Below the pieces are notes generated by a model. The model saw only the letters and a list, made by a program, of their open reading frames with translations, searched no databases and was not told the DNA's origin. Below are positions 39,882-58,220 of a DNA stretch of 64,000 nucleotides, piece by piece. How positions within the stretch are numbered: the first letter of the stretch is position 1; each line of letters begins with the position of its first letter. Made by a program: the position numbers and the translations under genes. The DNA comes from Eledone cirrhosa (lineage: Eukaryota): the NCBI GenBank assembly GCA_964016885.1, contig OZ024742.1, positions 240,994,001-241,058,000 of the forward strand, read 5' to 3'.

Positions 39882-40062
39882 AATTGTTTCTACTTTTGGC
39901 ACAAGGCCAGCAATTATCCAGTGCATTACTGGTACTTTATTTTATCCACCCCGTAAGGATGAAAGGCAAAGTTAACCTCGGCGGGATTTGAACTCAGAAT
40001 GGCAAGGGCCATAACTCTATGCGTCAAAGCATGGCGTCCAACCCTCTACCGATTCTGCCAAA
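39882..40062 (-). mobile_element. SINE copy
   Basis: Reverse complement of the 11409-11602 family. Confidence 0.85.
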
Positions 40063-40715
40063 TAATAATAGAAACAGTTAACAGAAATACGTCTAAGTGA
40101 TCGCTCGAGCTTCTACAAAAAAGCTATGAAATCTCCCTTAAATCCCATAAAAGGAAGGGCCTATTTTGTAATCTAAATCTAGATACAATATAACTGAAAA
40201 TCCAGATACAATATGACCGAAAATAAAATAATGGATGGTTATGGCTGGAACGCTTTTGATTATATGTTGTCTCTGCCAGGGCAGACATGTTTTTTAAGTA
40301 GTAAAGAAGCAACAGCAATGAGAACAACAACAACATTTGTTAACAGTAGTAACTACAATGATAAACAACAACGAAATAATAATATAAGGTGGTGTTGGAA
40401 GCAAAGTAAGACGAGCAAGAACAAAGTGTTGTGTGTAAAGAAAGCAGTTAAATCGCAGCTTGCTAGAGATAGGTTTTAAGCTGGTTATTCTGTTAACTGG
40501 GAGATTCTGACACACAACCGGATTAACAGATTAAGTTGCTATCTTCATCTGCTTGCTTTGACACCAGATCATCCCAAATTCAGTTGTACATATATACATG
40601 TAGACGTATACTTACATATAAAAACATTCACAATGAAGCACACCACGCATACACAAATACACACTCCTGATACTTATATAAATATATATTCACACATAGA
40701 TACCTATATATATAT

Positions 40716-40781
<66 letters not shown>

Positions 40782-40818
40782 TACATACATGCATACATAC
40801 ATATACATGCACACACAC

Positions 40819-40895
<77 letters not shown>

Positions 40896-41555
40896 AAACA
40901 CGCTATTTCTATATTTGTAGAGATTCAACACGCATCACAATACATTAAGAACGTATTTGTACACACAGGAACGTAAATATCCCCATATATACACATACAC
41001 AAATATGTATGCCCATCCAATTATCCACTTATCATAGTATGACAAAGCACACCACACGCGAATTTGGATTCTTCTAAGATTTTCGTACAAATGAACACTT
41101 TTCTTTGTGTCATGCTAAAAGAAAAAAAAATCAATTAAGTTCCGAAAATTCGATAATTGTTTCCCTCCTATGAAAATGTTCGGCTTTAATTGTAATTTTC
41201 ATCAAATGAAATTTCCAAATTCTAGTTTTCCTACAAAAGGGGGTGAAGTATACCGGGGAAGTCACTACTGCCACTTTATATTTCTATATTTGCTTGGTCT
41301 CAGTTTCTGATGATCTCTCACGTCTCTCATATTAACATACACGCATATGTTTAGAAACACACACACAAACAAACACACGCACACACAGACACACAGACGC
41401 ACAGACACACAGACACAGACATACACACACACACACACACACAGACACACACACGAACAGACACACAGAGACACACATACACACACACACACAGACACAC
41501 ACAGGCACACACACAGACACAAACACACACACACACACAGACATACACACGGACA

Positions 41556-41654
<99 letters not shown>

Positions 41655-41957
41655 ACACACACACACATATATATATATGCATTCTAAAGACTATATTTCA
41701 TCGTCCGGATCAAATTCCCGTCCTGATTATTATTGTTGACTATCTAAGAATCTCAAATGTGCCCACATTAGAGAACTGTTCACATATTTTGGTTGGTACT
41801 ACTCCAACTCGCACAAATAACTAAAAGGCCATTTAATTAATTGCAGAAAACCCCTACAACTACTATTGTTTATGCTCTCTCATTGTCTATTGTCATATAG
41901 TCGAAAGAAGTAGTGTCCGTTCAGTTTACTCGATTCAATCTCACAGTCCTTTCGACT

Positions 41958-43232
41958 AATATAGCCGCGCACTCCATTAAGTTCACTTGACCCAATGTCT
42001 CAGTTCTTTCAACTAATATAGCTGCACACTCCATTAAGTTCACTCGACCCAATGTCTCAGTTCTTTCAACAAATATAGCTGCACACTCCATTAGGTTCAC
42101 TCGACCCAATGTCTCAGTTCTTTCAACAAATATAGCTGCACACTCCATTAGGTTCACTCGACCCAATGTCTCAGTTCTTTCAACAAATATAGCTGCACTC
42201 CATTAGGTTCACTCGACCCAATGTCTCAGTTCTTTCAACAAATATAGCTGCACACTTCATTAGGTTCACTCGACCCAATGTCTCAGTTCTTTCAACAAAT
42301 ATAGCTGCACACTTCATTAGGTTCACTCGACCCAATGTCTCAGTTCTTTCAACAAATATAGCTGCACACTTCATTAGGTTCACTCGACCCAATGTCTCAG
42401 TTCTTTCAACAAATATAGCTGCACTCCATTAGGTTCACTCGACCCAATGTCTCAGTTCTTTCAACAAATATAGCTGCACACTTCATTAGGTTCACTCGAC
42501 CCAATGTCTCAGTTCTTTCAACAAATATAGCTGCACACTTCATTAGGTTCACTCGACCCAATGTCTCAGTTTTTTAAACAAATATAGCTGCACACTCCAT
42601 TAGGTTCACTCGACCCAATGTCTCAGTTCTTTCAACAAATATAGCTGCACACTTCATTAGGTTCACTCGACCCAATGTCTCAGTTCTTTCAACAAATATA
42701 GCTGCACACTCCATTAGGTTCACTCGACCCAATGTCTCAGTTCTTTCAACAAATATAGCTGCACACTTCATTAGGTTCACTCGACCCAATGTCTCAGTTC
42801 TTTCAACAAATATAGCTGCACACTCCATTAGGTTCACTCGACCCAATGTCTCAGTTCTTTCAACAAATATAGCTGCACACTTCATTAGGTTCACTCGACC
42901 CAATGTCTCAGTTCTTTCAACAAATATAGCTGCACACTCCATTAGGTTCACTCGACCCAATGTCTCAGTTCTTTCAACAAATATAGCTGCACACTCCATT
43001 AGGTTCACTCGACCCAATGTCTCAGTTTTTTCAACAAATATAGCTGCACACTCCATTAGGTTCACTCGACCCAATGTCTCAGTTCTTTCAACAAATATAG
43101 CTGCACACTCCATTAGGTTCACTCGACCCAATGTCTCAGTTCTTTCAACAAATATAGCTGCACACTTCATTAGGTTCACTCGACCCAATGTCTCAGTTCT
43201 TTCAACAAATATAGCTGCACCATTAAGTTCAG
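41958..43232. repeat. 57-bp minisatellite, about 22 copies
   Basis: Unit aatatagctgcacact(c/t)cattaggttcactcgacccaatgtctcagttctttcaaca, two 55-bp variants, degenerate edge units, no spacers. Confidence 0.95.
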
Positions 43233-44662
43233 TTGATCCAATCTCTCAGTTCTTTTGCCGTTCCTCTAGTGTCTCACCTATCAGATTTCGCAAAATACTT
43301 TTATTCAATCATCCTTCTTCTGAATTATTAACGTTTTTGTTCATTCTCTGCTAATATTTTCCCAACAGAAATTGAGAATATTGACAATAATGTCTGATAA
43401 TTACTATCCAAATCTTTCTCCTACTTCAGATGGATATGAAATACCAGAATCATTTTTGATCACAAAGCCAAAGGCGAATGAACGACGTGGAACGGACTTA
43501 TTTCCAGGTAGGAGAGCTGACTCAAATGTTCCGTCTGCTAAAGGCTTCTTAGGGTGTATGAAATCGCGCGGAAGTATCACCACACAGTTCCTACTTACCA
43601 AACTTAACTCACAAGGCTTTGGTCACTTTGATTAAACTTAACACTTGATAAAAGTTCCGCGGCGTAAGATCATGTTTGAAACATTGTAGTTGTGAAGCAA
43701 TCTTCTTAATCACACAACCGTATTTGTATATTACGGCGCAAGATAATATCTGAAACCATGTAGTTATAAAGATATCTTAACTACACAACCATACTTATAC
43801 ACTACGAAACAGTTTTGAATTTTTTTATAAACGAAGCAACAGTTTGAAACGCACATACATGATGTACTAATCAGATGGAATATTTTGAAAAAGACTTTGG
43901 AAATGAAAGGTGCTAATCTTTTTAAACAACCAGTTTCGGTAGCTAACTTATACGAAATTTGAAAAAAGTGAAACGTCTACATTAAATGGAAAACAAATTC
44001 TTGTCACTAGGGAAATTTAAAAAAAGTCTATTTTTGTTCAAGAAAATTCGACGTCAAGAATCACATTTGAGGCAAAAAGTAGTACCTTAATATGTTATTC
44101 TCTTTCACGCTGTTACAATATTATCAACTGAAAATATGATTTCACCAGGGCTTCAATAAATTTCTGATAGTTATATTTTCAGCAAATATTATGTCTGAAT
44201 ATTAATTCACTTTGTTTTGAGTTATTATTCATACTAGACATTAGTCATTTTACATTTCATGGGTTGTTCAGCGTACATCTAGCTTATCTGCTTCGATATT
44301 TTCTCTATGATAATGATATGTGACCATTTAGATTTCACGGACAATTCATATATCTTGAAGAATCAATGGTAAAGAAGCTACCTTCCTCTGAAGCGGCAGG
44401 TGTCTATGAAAATGAGTATTTCTGTTCGTTAATAATCAATTATGTTTTACAATATATGTTCTTCTGTAGTTTGAAATTCCCCTATAACAACTTTTTCTGC
44501 ATGTGTTTATTCTTATAATAACTTTAATAGATACAGACACATACGTATATCATATATGCACATATACATACGTAAATGCATATATGTGTATATACGCACA
44601 TATACTTTCACTCGTACATACAGGCATTCATAAATACACATGCACAAACACGTATGTACGTG

Positions 44663-44663
<1 letters not shown>

Positions 44664-44761
<98 letters not shown>
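44664..44761. repeat. (TCTA)n microsatellite without a LINE insertion (empty target)
   Basis: About 24 uninterrupted units. Confidence 0.95.
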
Positions 44762-44958
44762 ATAGATATACATATGTATATATATAAATATATATATACA
44801 TATATATACATATATATATCTATATATATGTATATATCTATATACATATATATATCTATCTATATCTACATATATATATCTACATATATATATCTATATA
44901 CATATATATATACATATATATATATATCCACATACATATATATACATACATATATATG

Positions 44959-44990
<32 letters not shown>

Positions 44991-45011
44991 TAGAGAGAGA
45001 GGGATAGATAG

Positions 45012-45045
<34 letters not shown>

Positions 45046-45797
45046 ATGTGTATAGCAATAGAAACATGCACTACAAATTAGCTTATAAAAAACGTTCCAT
45101 TTTTCTTTACATTGTGAGACCTACCAACATACATGTACTTGGCGTGCTTAAGGATTGTGTCTTTTTTCTATTTTGTGAATATAAACCTAAATCTAAAAAA
45201 ATAATAAATAACACCAAATATAATAAAAATAGGGTGCATGTACGCAATAGTGTAATTCGTTTCTCTGCGTGTTATTTTATTTCTTCTCTTAATGAAAAAA
45301 ATCTGCCATTTCCACATTATTTTTTTTCGTCTATATTTCATATTTACCATTACAAACTATTGGTTAATGTGTTGAATGACTGTATTGAGAACATTTGTCT
45401 CCTTCTTGATGTCAACTATGTACGAATAAACAATAATTAAAATATTCTTGCTGAGGTGAACATCTTCCAAAAAGAACTGAGTGTCATGTCTGATGAAAGT
45501 ATATTTTCATGATTTCCTTTGTTCTTAACTTGGATTTCATGTTTTAATTCCAGCTTTTTTCAATAGAAGAAAAATTATCCATAGCTGCCTTTTACAAAAA
45601 TACAAAAAAAAAAAAAAAAAAATCCTTGCTGAAAATGCTGAACATAATAGCAGTTTAGATAATGTTGTGTCTTTCTAGATATAATACATTCCATGTATTT
45701 TAACGTCGAATTGACACTGATAAGTCTCAGAAATTAGTGAGAAAATCTTTCTCTCTCTGACTCTCTGTCCCTCTGTCTTCTCCCCCCTCTCTCTCTC

Positions 45798-45872
<75 letters not shown>

Positions 45873-46390
45873 TATATATATAGTATATATATATATGTGT
45901 ATATATATATGTGTATATATATACATAACCTTTGAATATTCATAATGGATTCTTATTATGTGTGTGTGTTACTTAACACAATAAAATAAACATGAATTCA
46001 TTTTCAAATTGACACTAACCACGTTCACTGAACCATGACATTCCCAATTTTTGACGCAAAATCTACAAGAAAAATTCTAATCCTAATTATGTGGTCATCA
46101 ATTTTTGGCGCAAAAATCTACACACGTGATCTTCCCCAACCAATCCAATTGTACCTTAAGCAGGTAGCAATTGAGTCACTTTTTTTTTTGCATAAAACCG
46201 AAATATATCCGAGACGTATTACCACATAGTAGATAGTAATATATATCTCCATCTTAGTTATCTTTTGTAATCCATAGACCGCCAAAGTTATTATTAATAT
46301 ATATTCTTAAAGGCTCCAATCGTATTATCAAATTCTTTTTCATACACACACACATATGTGTGTGTGAGTATGTGTGGTAATACGTCTCGC

Positions 46391-46429
<39 letters not shown>

Positions 46430-46642
46430 TCTGTACACTTTAATCTATCCTTTTAATTCTTATATATTTTCCATTCTGTTCGTAGATTATATGATTTTCA
46501 CTCTGGTGGTCTTATGTCCCCTTTAATTGAACACACATCTCTTGGTGTACTTTTTTCTATATACTGTCTTATAAAGAGCCCTGGTCTATCTCTGGAGCGC
46601 ATTAGATTATAAGGGATTAATGTGAGTCTTTAACTCCGTTTT

Positions 46643-46681
<39 letters not shown>

Positions 46682-46696
46682 TATATATACACACAC

Positions 46697-47236
<540 letters not shown>

Positions 47237-47321
47237 AAAATACTCCAAAACCTGTTGAGTGCTTTTATATCAGTTATAAAATATTTACTCGTTGTAACCC
47301 AACAATTTTAAATAAAACTTT

Positions 47322-47396
<75 letters not shown>

Positions 47397-47471
47397 ATAA
47401 ATTAACGGAGCCATAGACTCGTTATTCCCTGTCAATAATGTGCTCAAAGGAAAAGGAATCCTGAACTCTTT

Positions 47472-47859
47472 AAAATACAATATGTTGAAAAGGTAACACA
47501 CTAGAGATAGATAGTGTGCAATCAATAAAACAGGGGAAAACCACCAGTGTATGGTGTCTATAATCTATGGAAGGCAGAGTAGACACACAATAATTAAAAA
47601 TATAAATTAAAATGTATATAGGCACCTCTATAACTATATAACACACGCGTACAAATCCAAAGAGATTTGTTTCGCCAGGAAGTTGTTGACTGAAATGGAA
47701 TAGCCTCTGGTTCATCAGCGTATATACATTTTAAAATATATTTTTAATTATTGTGTCTACCCTGCCTTCCATAGATTATAGACTCCATACACTGGTGGTT
47801 TCTCTGTTTTATTGATGGCACACTATCTCTCTTTAGTGTGTTACCTTTTCAACATATTG

Positions 47860-47868
<9 letters not shown>
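47472..47868. repeat. Inverted duplication (~135 bp arms)
   Basis: aaaatacaatatgttgaaaaggtaacacact... is mirrored at ~47735-47868. Confidence 0.8.
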
Positions 47869-47933
<65 letters not shown>

Positions 47934-48387
47934 ACATGTGTGTGTATCAATATATACACATGAATGTCTTCCAAATTATTACTCAAATGACATAGGTCAA
48001 ACCGAACTACAGTAAAAGAAACTTGCTGAAGGTGTCCTACATTAAGTACACATCTGGAATAACGTGATTCCGAAGCGAAATTCTTAAATACACAATTACT
48101 ATTACAGAAATGTGCTTAGTCTTCATACGTATCACAAACCACTTCAGTGACAAAATATTCTCTTTTCATATATGCCAAAATTATTTGAATACTCTGAAAA
48201 ATGAAAAAATCATTTGTTGACAGAATTATTGCGACCAGGAAGGTTTTTTAAAAATGTTTTCTATATTCAGATTAAGAAAGATGGTAGAAACAGCTTGTAT
48301 TTAGTTCCATAATTTTACGTTCTGAGTTCAAATCACATCTACCTTATTGTCGATATTGTTGTTCATATTTACAGGGTCGATGAAATA

Positions 48388-48565
48388 ATTTTTTCTACTT
48401 TTGGCACAAGGCCAGTAATTATCCCAGTGCATTACTGGTACTTTATTTTATTGAGCCCGTAAGGATGAAAGGCAAAGTTAACCTCGGCGGGATTTGAACT
48501 CAGTCCGTAAAGGGACGTAACTGTATGCTGGAAAGCATGGCGTCTGACCCTCTACCGATACTGCT
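48388..48565 (-). mobile_element. SINE copy
   Basis: Reverse complement of the family, preceded by a diverged + fragment at ~48315-48385. Confidence 0.85.
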
Positions 48566-48995
48566 GGACTCTGTCCTCATGACCGTCCCAGGAATAAGTG
48601 GGCGAGGAAGAAGAAGAAAGCCTGCGAGAGAAATTGTGCCAGATGGAATACGACGATGTTCTGGTAACTCTTCTTATAAATAAAATGGGGGATGAGAAAT
48701 ATTTTGCATCAGGTGTTCATAGATTATTCATTGGGCTTCTGGCCTCATCCGTTTCTTTTTTTTATCTGGGATCAGAACCGATATATTAGCTCCAAAGGGC
48801 CTTTCGTGGGTCCCTATATTATGCTCGACCCAACTGCCACACAATTAAAAGAAATTGCGTGGCCTTCTGCTTATATTACACATCATTACAGTGTATGAGA
48901 AATGATAATTTTCTGAAATGTTTTGCAGTTCTATTCATTGGTTTCCGTACTAAAAGTTTCTTTATATATAAGTAATCAACTTAATGGATTGCATG

Positions 48996-49094
<99 letters not shown>

Positions 49095-49472
49095 CAGGAT
49101 TACATGGGAAATATTAATACAAAAATCTCATTGCTTACCACGACAATAATATTACGCATGACCTTACAAATTGAAAATGGCTTGTAGATTTTTGGTTTTA
49201 TCGACTATGGCTGCTAATTTACAGATTTCCAATTTCCAAATATAAAATCAAACACACACACTCACACACACAAACACATACAAACATGCAACATATATAT
49301 ATAAATACATATACACACACACTTCTGTGTGTATATATATAACAATGTTAGTGACTAAAATCGAAGTTGCAGCTGCGACTAGCATCTTTCGAATACAATT
49401 CTGTGTGTTTATATCTATATATATATATATATATACATATAAAGGTATATATATATATAAACACAGACACAG

Positions 49473-49510
<38 letters not shown>

Positions 49511-49679
49511 GTATATGTACGTAGTTACAGACTGAATGAAAATATAAAGCAAGCTAGGAAATATATAATAATTTGTGGTGTTGACTTTTTACAGGCATTT
49601 CACGTGGAACCCAAGGGCCGTAAACTTCTATGATTTATGAGTCTTAATTAACAGCTGTACACTATTTAGCGCGCACAAC

Positions 49680-50025
49680 AGATAGGCACACACATACACA
49701 CACACAGAGGCACTCACACACACATAGGCACACACACACAGGCACACACACATACAGAGGCACACACGCACACACACATACAGGCACACATACAGATGCA
49801 CACACACGCGCACACATACACACACACACGCACAGTGGCACACACACACACACACATAGGCACACACACACAGGCACACACACACATACAGAGGCACACA
49901 CGCACACACACATACAGGCACACATACATATGCACACACACGCACACACATGCACACATAAACACACACACGCACAGTGGCACACACACACACACACACA
50001 CACACATAGGTACACACACATACAG

Positions 50026-50062
<37 letters not shown>

Positions 50063-50640
50063 CACACACGTTCACTTACATTCCTTCATACACACACACA
50101 CATACAGGCACACATACACAGAGGCACACACACACACACACACACTATTTCGCAATCACTCACAGGCACACACGTTCACTTACATTCCTTCATACACACA
50201 CATACAGGCACACACACACCGAGGCACACTCACACAGATACACACACACACGCACACAGGCACACACACACACACACTATTTCTCAATCACTCACGGGCA
50301 CACACGTTCACTTACATTCCTTCATACATACACACACACACACATACAGGCACACACACACCGAGGCACACTCACACACATACAGGCACACACACACCGA
50401 GGCACACTCACACAGACACACACACACGCACACACACACACACACACACACTATTTCTCAATCACTCACGGGCACACACGTTCACTTACATTCCTTCATA
50501 CACACACACACACACACATACAGGCGCACACACACAGAGGCACATGCACACACGTACACAGGCACACACACACACACACACACACACACTATTTCTCAAT
50601 CACTCACGGCCACACACTTTCACTTACATTCCATCATACA
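49680..50640. repeat. Compound CA-rich minisatellite
   Basis: (CA)n interspersed with recurring aggcacac, cgttcacttacattccttcat and ctatttctcaatcactcac modules. Confidence 0.85.
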
Positions 50641-51141
50641 AGCCACATGCTTTTAATCACACAAACTCATATACAGATATATAATCTCTCACCCCCTCTC
50701 TGATTCTCGCATATACACACATACATATCCATGCACTCATAATATCACACCTGTACACACCTGTATGTATATATATATACATACACATTTTCAGATATTC
50801 ATATACAGGAATACCCATCATTTAAGTAACACGTAAACACAGAAAATCACTCACATGTACACACACAAAATCTTTCACGCACTCACATATACATGCAAAT
50901 ACACAGACACATACATCTATATACATGCACTCTGTCTATGGTTCAAATAAATACACTCATAATCTTTCTAACGCACGCACACACATACATACACATACAC
51001 ATACACATAATATCAAATACACACCTAAATACTCATACACATACCCACAAACTCACTGAATCTCGCATTTACTTACGTAGCCACACGCGTAAATACACAC
51101 ACTTATGTACATGGTATAAAAACACACACATATGAACATGT

Positions 51142-51179
<38 letters not shown>

Positions 51180-51494
51180 CCAGTAACTGACAAATATGTA
51201 TATTAAATACAACACAACCAAACTGGAAATTTTCTTCTGACCATTCCTTTCAACAAAACAATGTTACACTATATCCACACATACACACACACTCCCCCCA
51301 CACACACATACATATGTGTGTGTATATATGTATACATATGTATATATATATATATATATAGTGAGCGTGGGGGGGGTACATTCACCAAGATTTGCGTATA
51401 TATATATATATAAACACATGCACAAACACTCATATGCACACATATGTATAAATATAAATGCACATACACAAGCGCACACACACACACATATATA

Positions 51495-51532
<38 letters not shown>

Positions 51533-51892
51533 GTACATACATACATACACTCACACACACTCTCACACACACGCACGGACACACACACACACATATATAC
51601 ATATACATATATATACATATATATATATATACAAACATCATATACCTGATACGTGAATGCCAAGCAATTCTAAAGACGATAATGATCTTAAACAAACAAA
51701 CACTGATCCAAGAAAACATTAGAGTTTCCTATTTAGCACCAGCAGCAATCAGTAATCAGTGTCAATAGGAATTGCAGAGTGGCAGGAAGCACACTATTAA
51801 TATATGAACTGAACTGTAGGAAACGCACACACACACACACACACATATATATATACACACACATATATACATATATATGAATGTATCGATGT

Positions 51893-51956
<64 letters not shown>

Positions 51957-52038
51957 GTATATATATATAGACATATAAACTATATATATATATATATATA
52001 GACACATAAACTATATATATATATATATTTAAAGAGGG

Positions 52039-52201
<163 letters not shown>

Positions 52202-53055
52202 TGTATGTGGTTGACGGCTGAAATTGTACTCAATACCAAAGTAGAGTTTTAATATTCATTATATTAAGGCTAAATTGTGAGTCTTGTTACTCGCTTATAT
52301 ATATATATATATATGTATATATATGTATATATGTATAAATATATATATATATGTGTGTATGTGTGTGTGAATATATGTGTATATATGTGAATATATGTAT
52401 ATATATATATAAATGTATAAATGGTGATTTAAAAAAAGGAGGTTTGAGGAAAGGGGCTAGGCTTTTTAGTTACTGAAGAGTAAACACCGGCCTTTTACGA
52501 AATATCAGCTGAACAATAATTAATCAAAGCTGAATATAACAGAAATCTTATTAATTTGCACCCTGAAATAGTTTCCCTTTCCTTCAACCGTTCTTTTTCC
52601 GTACGTCTCTCTAATGTTTACTTTCTTTCTTTCTTTCTTTCTTTCTTTTTTTCTTTTTTTGGATAAAATTAGGAATCAGTAAATTATGTACTGGAATACG
52701 GCGCTTTTGCTCGTTAGTGAAATCATTTTGGAGATTTCTACATCAGTATCGGTATTTGTAAGAATAGATGCATTGCAATAATATCATTATTAAAAATAAT
52801 CTGCATTTATAACATATTCACGATGCTATAACTTTAACAGCTCCTATGTAATATTTTTACGTGGTAGAGTTAGTCAATTAAGTCAATCATAGGACTTTGA
52901 AGATATTTTAGTCATAGACTGCAAAAGGATGAAATATAAAGTAGCTGTACAATCCACGACCATATAAATATCTGATATAGACACAAGGCTATAAATTGGT
53001 ACAGAGGGAACATTGGCTTATATCGATACCAGTAATTTATTGATTCCAGAATAAT

Positions 53056-53227
53056 TGTTCCTACTTTTGACACATGGCCAGCAAATACCTAGTATATTAC
53101 TGGTACTTTATTTTATCGACCCCGTAAGGATGAAAGGCAAAGTTAACCTCGGCGGGATTTGAGGTTAACTTTGCCTTTCATCCTTACGGGGTCGATAAAA
53201 TAAAGTACCAGTAATGCACTGGGTATC
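53056..53227 (-). mobile_element. SINE insertion with fold-back duplication and 14-bp TSD
   Basis: Arms 53096-53150 and 53161-53215, direct repeat gattccagaataat at 53042-53055 and 53228-53241. Confidence 0.8.
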
Positions 53228-54919
53228 GATTCCAGAATAATGAAAGATAAATGTAACTTCAGCGGGATTTGAACTCATATACGCTTTCATATATACATAT
53301 ATTAATAAAACAGACGGGCATGGAAAATGTGCCAACTGAAAAATTGATGTGAGCATTAAATTCTAACAAAATAATTAAACAGATAAGCCCTTGATTTAAG
53401 GAAGGCTTGGCTACTATTTTCAGTAGATATAGAGGAATATATTCCAGTAAAAAAGCAACAAACTACACCTGTTTCTAATAAAGGCAGTAGCACTCACATA
53501 GCGGGATTCATAATAAATGCATATAAAATATGTTTATGTACAATAAACATACAAGAGTCTCGCTATGAATGTTTAACCCGTGATCATGTCACAGTATTTC
53601 AGGAGCCGGTGAGAATGTTTGACACCTATTTCGAGATTTTTAACCGTCATAGGTGTCACTTACTCGGCAATGAGACATGAATAAGCTAAAATCTTATATC
53701 CTTTTTTTTTGCGTATGAAACATCGGGTGGGTGTACTCATTTGAATATAGTGCGAACTTGATCGAATATGGTTGATTAGCAATAGCACTAACATAGCCTA
53801 GTTCAAAATAGAGGTGTATATAGAGTCCTATAGTATATGTTAATGTACAATAAACATACAAGTGTCTCACTATGGATGTTTTAAGTTATGATTATGTCAC
53901 AGCTATCTCAGTAGCTAGTGAGAATGCCAGATATGTATAACTGGATTTTGTCCTTCATCGCTGACACTTCCGCACTCGATACTGTGACAAGAATAAACTA
54001 AAGACTTATATTATGAACCACGCTCTGTTAATGCTAATGTCAATTAAACCTTGCTAGTCAAGTTTACACCATATGCAAATAAGCATCTCCAGATGATTTT
54101 CATACGTGAAAATACATTTGGTTTTAACTTATTTTCTTCTCTTTACCAAGTAAACAAATATCACCGACTCCTGTGATAGCTGTGATATGATCACAGGTTA
54201 AAATAATCAGAATTAGTCTCATATGTTTATTGTACAAAAACATATATGCTTTTATGTACAGTCCTATTATTGCTTCGTATGTAGTTTAACAACGAAAGAA
54301 ATTAAAAGATTTCTGAGAAAATGAAATTGATAGACATTCGCAGAAGTATTATTGCATTATGAAAGAGATATTGTGCTTAGTACACAAATCATATAATACA
54401 TCATAGGGCAAGATAACAGACCTGCCAAGCTCTAAAAACACAAAAAAGTGCTTCAAAACGGGGAAAAATGAGACAAAATGGGGAGATTTTACATAATGAA
54501 AGTCATACCCATTTTCACAAGAGAAGACATCTCCCACCCACCCCAAAGTGGGTGGGAGATCTCCTCGTCAGACAGAAAGAGTTGACAAAACTGAGATAAA
54601 AAAATATGTATAGGAGATTAGGCAGTGTTAGCGCACAGAAACACTGAAATGAAGAAGAGGGCATGACGGGTAATCAAATGAAAATGTTTAAAATTCACTG
54701 AAAGTTACATTAGTTCTCATCTTGGCAAAGACATCAAGACGGCTTAAGTAATTGAATTTTAGTGTAAGCTCAAATCTAAGTACTGTGATGTGCTTTTAGC
54801 TTCAAATGTTCATTTTGATTTTCTATTCAATTAAACTGGTAATTTTTTATTGTTGATACAACCACACACAAGCATATACGCCCAAGCACAGACACGTGTA
54901 CGCTCACACACCCATATAT

Positions 54920-56815
<1,896 letters not shown>

Positions 56816-57532
56816 AAGTTTCCTCTGATACATGTTACGCACACAGACACTTGTATGAATGCATATGTGTATATAATGATATAGCGACACGACGGAGAGA
56901 ATGTGGAGATTGTTATTAAGATTATTACATTTAATCAATGTAAATATATACAAATGTGTATGATCATTAAAATTCTTTAAAAATATATTTTTGTATAATA
57001 TCTGTATAATAATTTTGTATAATAATCAATGTATAATATCTGTCACATTATATACACTTTGTTATAAATGTTGTATTTAGTATATCTTATATAGAATATG
57101 ATCTCTAACAAATGCACGTCCCACAACTGTAACTGAAGGTGTAGAAGCAAGGACTGAACGAAATAGAAGCAAGGACTTAACGACGTCATTTTCATTTAGG
57201 TCTCAACGGAAATAGATACGGAGGTAGGGTATCAAACTACTACACATCATCATGTCCGCCACTCTAACGATTCCGGGGAGTAAAAATGATGAGATAAAGA
57301 TAGCGGGAGACGGGTTGGTTTGAATGAAATATTACTTATAGCGACATTTTTAGTGAATAGATATCATTTTTGAATCCCAGAGGATAAGTCTTTAATCTTT
57401 TCATTTCTGATAAAATACATTGTATTTGGATTAATTGATGAAGAATTTGGAGGGATTTACTAAGATTTAATCGAAAATATTTCGATTATTAAGATGGCAT
57501 TTGTAATACAACGAAACGTTTATATGTAACAT

Positions 57533-57710
57533 TTGGCAGTATCGGTAGAGGGTCGGACGCCATGCTTTCCAGCATAGTTACGTCCCTTTACGATCTGAGT
57601 TCAAATCCCGCCGAGGTTGACTTTGCCTTTCATCCTTACGGGGTCGATAAAATAAAGTACCAGTAATGCACTGGGTAATTGCTGGCCTTGTGCCAAAAGT
57701 AGAAACAATT
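57533..57710 (+). mobile_element. SINE copy, close to consensus
   Basis: A-box, B-box, body and tail all present. Confidence 0.88.
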
Positions 57711-58220
57711 ATGTTGGAAGATCGTTAATTTAAAAAGGAGCATTTTAAAAGAATGGTTTTGTTCCACAGGTAGTTTTGGGCAGGTTCATATCAAAATAGT
57801 TAATTGATATCGATACACAAAATTCTTATCCGTCCGTGATGACCGGTTATTGATTGAAACTGTTTAAGAAGTTGATTGATAATAACTCTTTCAATCACAA
57901 GAAAGAAAGATAGATAGATAGAGAGATAGATAGAGAGATAGATAGAGAGATAGATAGAGAGATAGAGAGATAGATAGATAGATAGATAAATTTCTATTTA
58001 TTTGCCACGAGGGCACAAAAGAAGGGGACATTTACACAGTGGGGGAGTTTACATAAATCGAGTAAAGAAAAAAGGAATAACAATAATAATATAACAATAA
58101 AAAGTCCTCAAAAGGGAGGGGGCGTGTTGGGGATTGCACATACCCCCGAAAAGTGTGCAACTCTTTTCGCGGGGGAAGCCCAGAGAGGAGGCGCTCCCCC
58201 TTTCCTCTTCACTTCTTCAC

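Noticed and set aside
41958-43232. Regular array that might be CRISPR or a repeat protein
   Set aside because: Contiguous 57-bp units with no unique spacers, no cas genes, eukaryotic context, and 55-bp units that break the frame.
48598-48898. Short ORFs with a vague transposase-like look
   Set aside because: No diagnostic motif, TIR or TSD that I can support.
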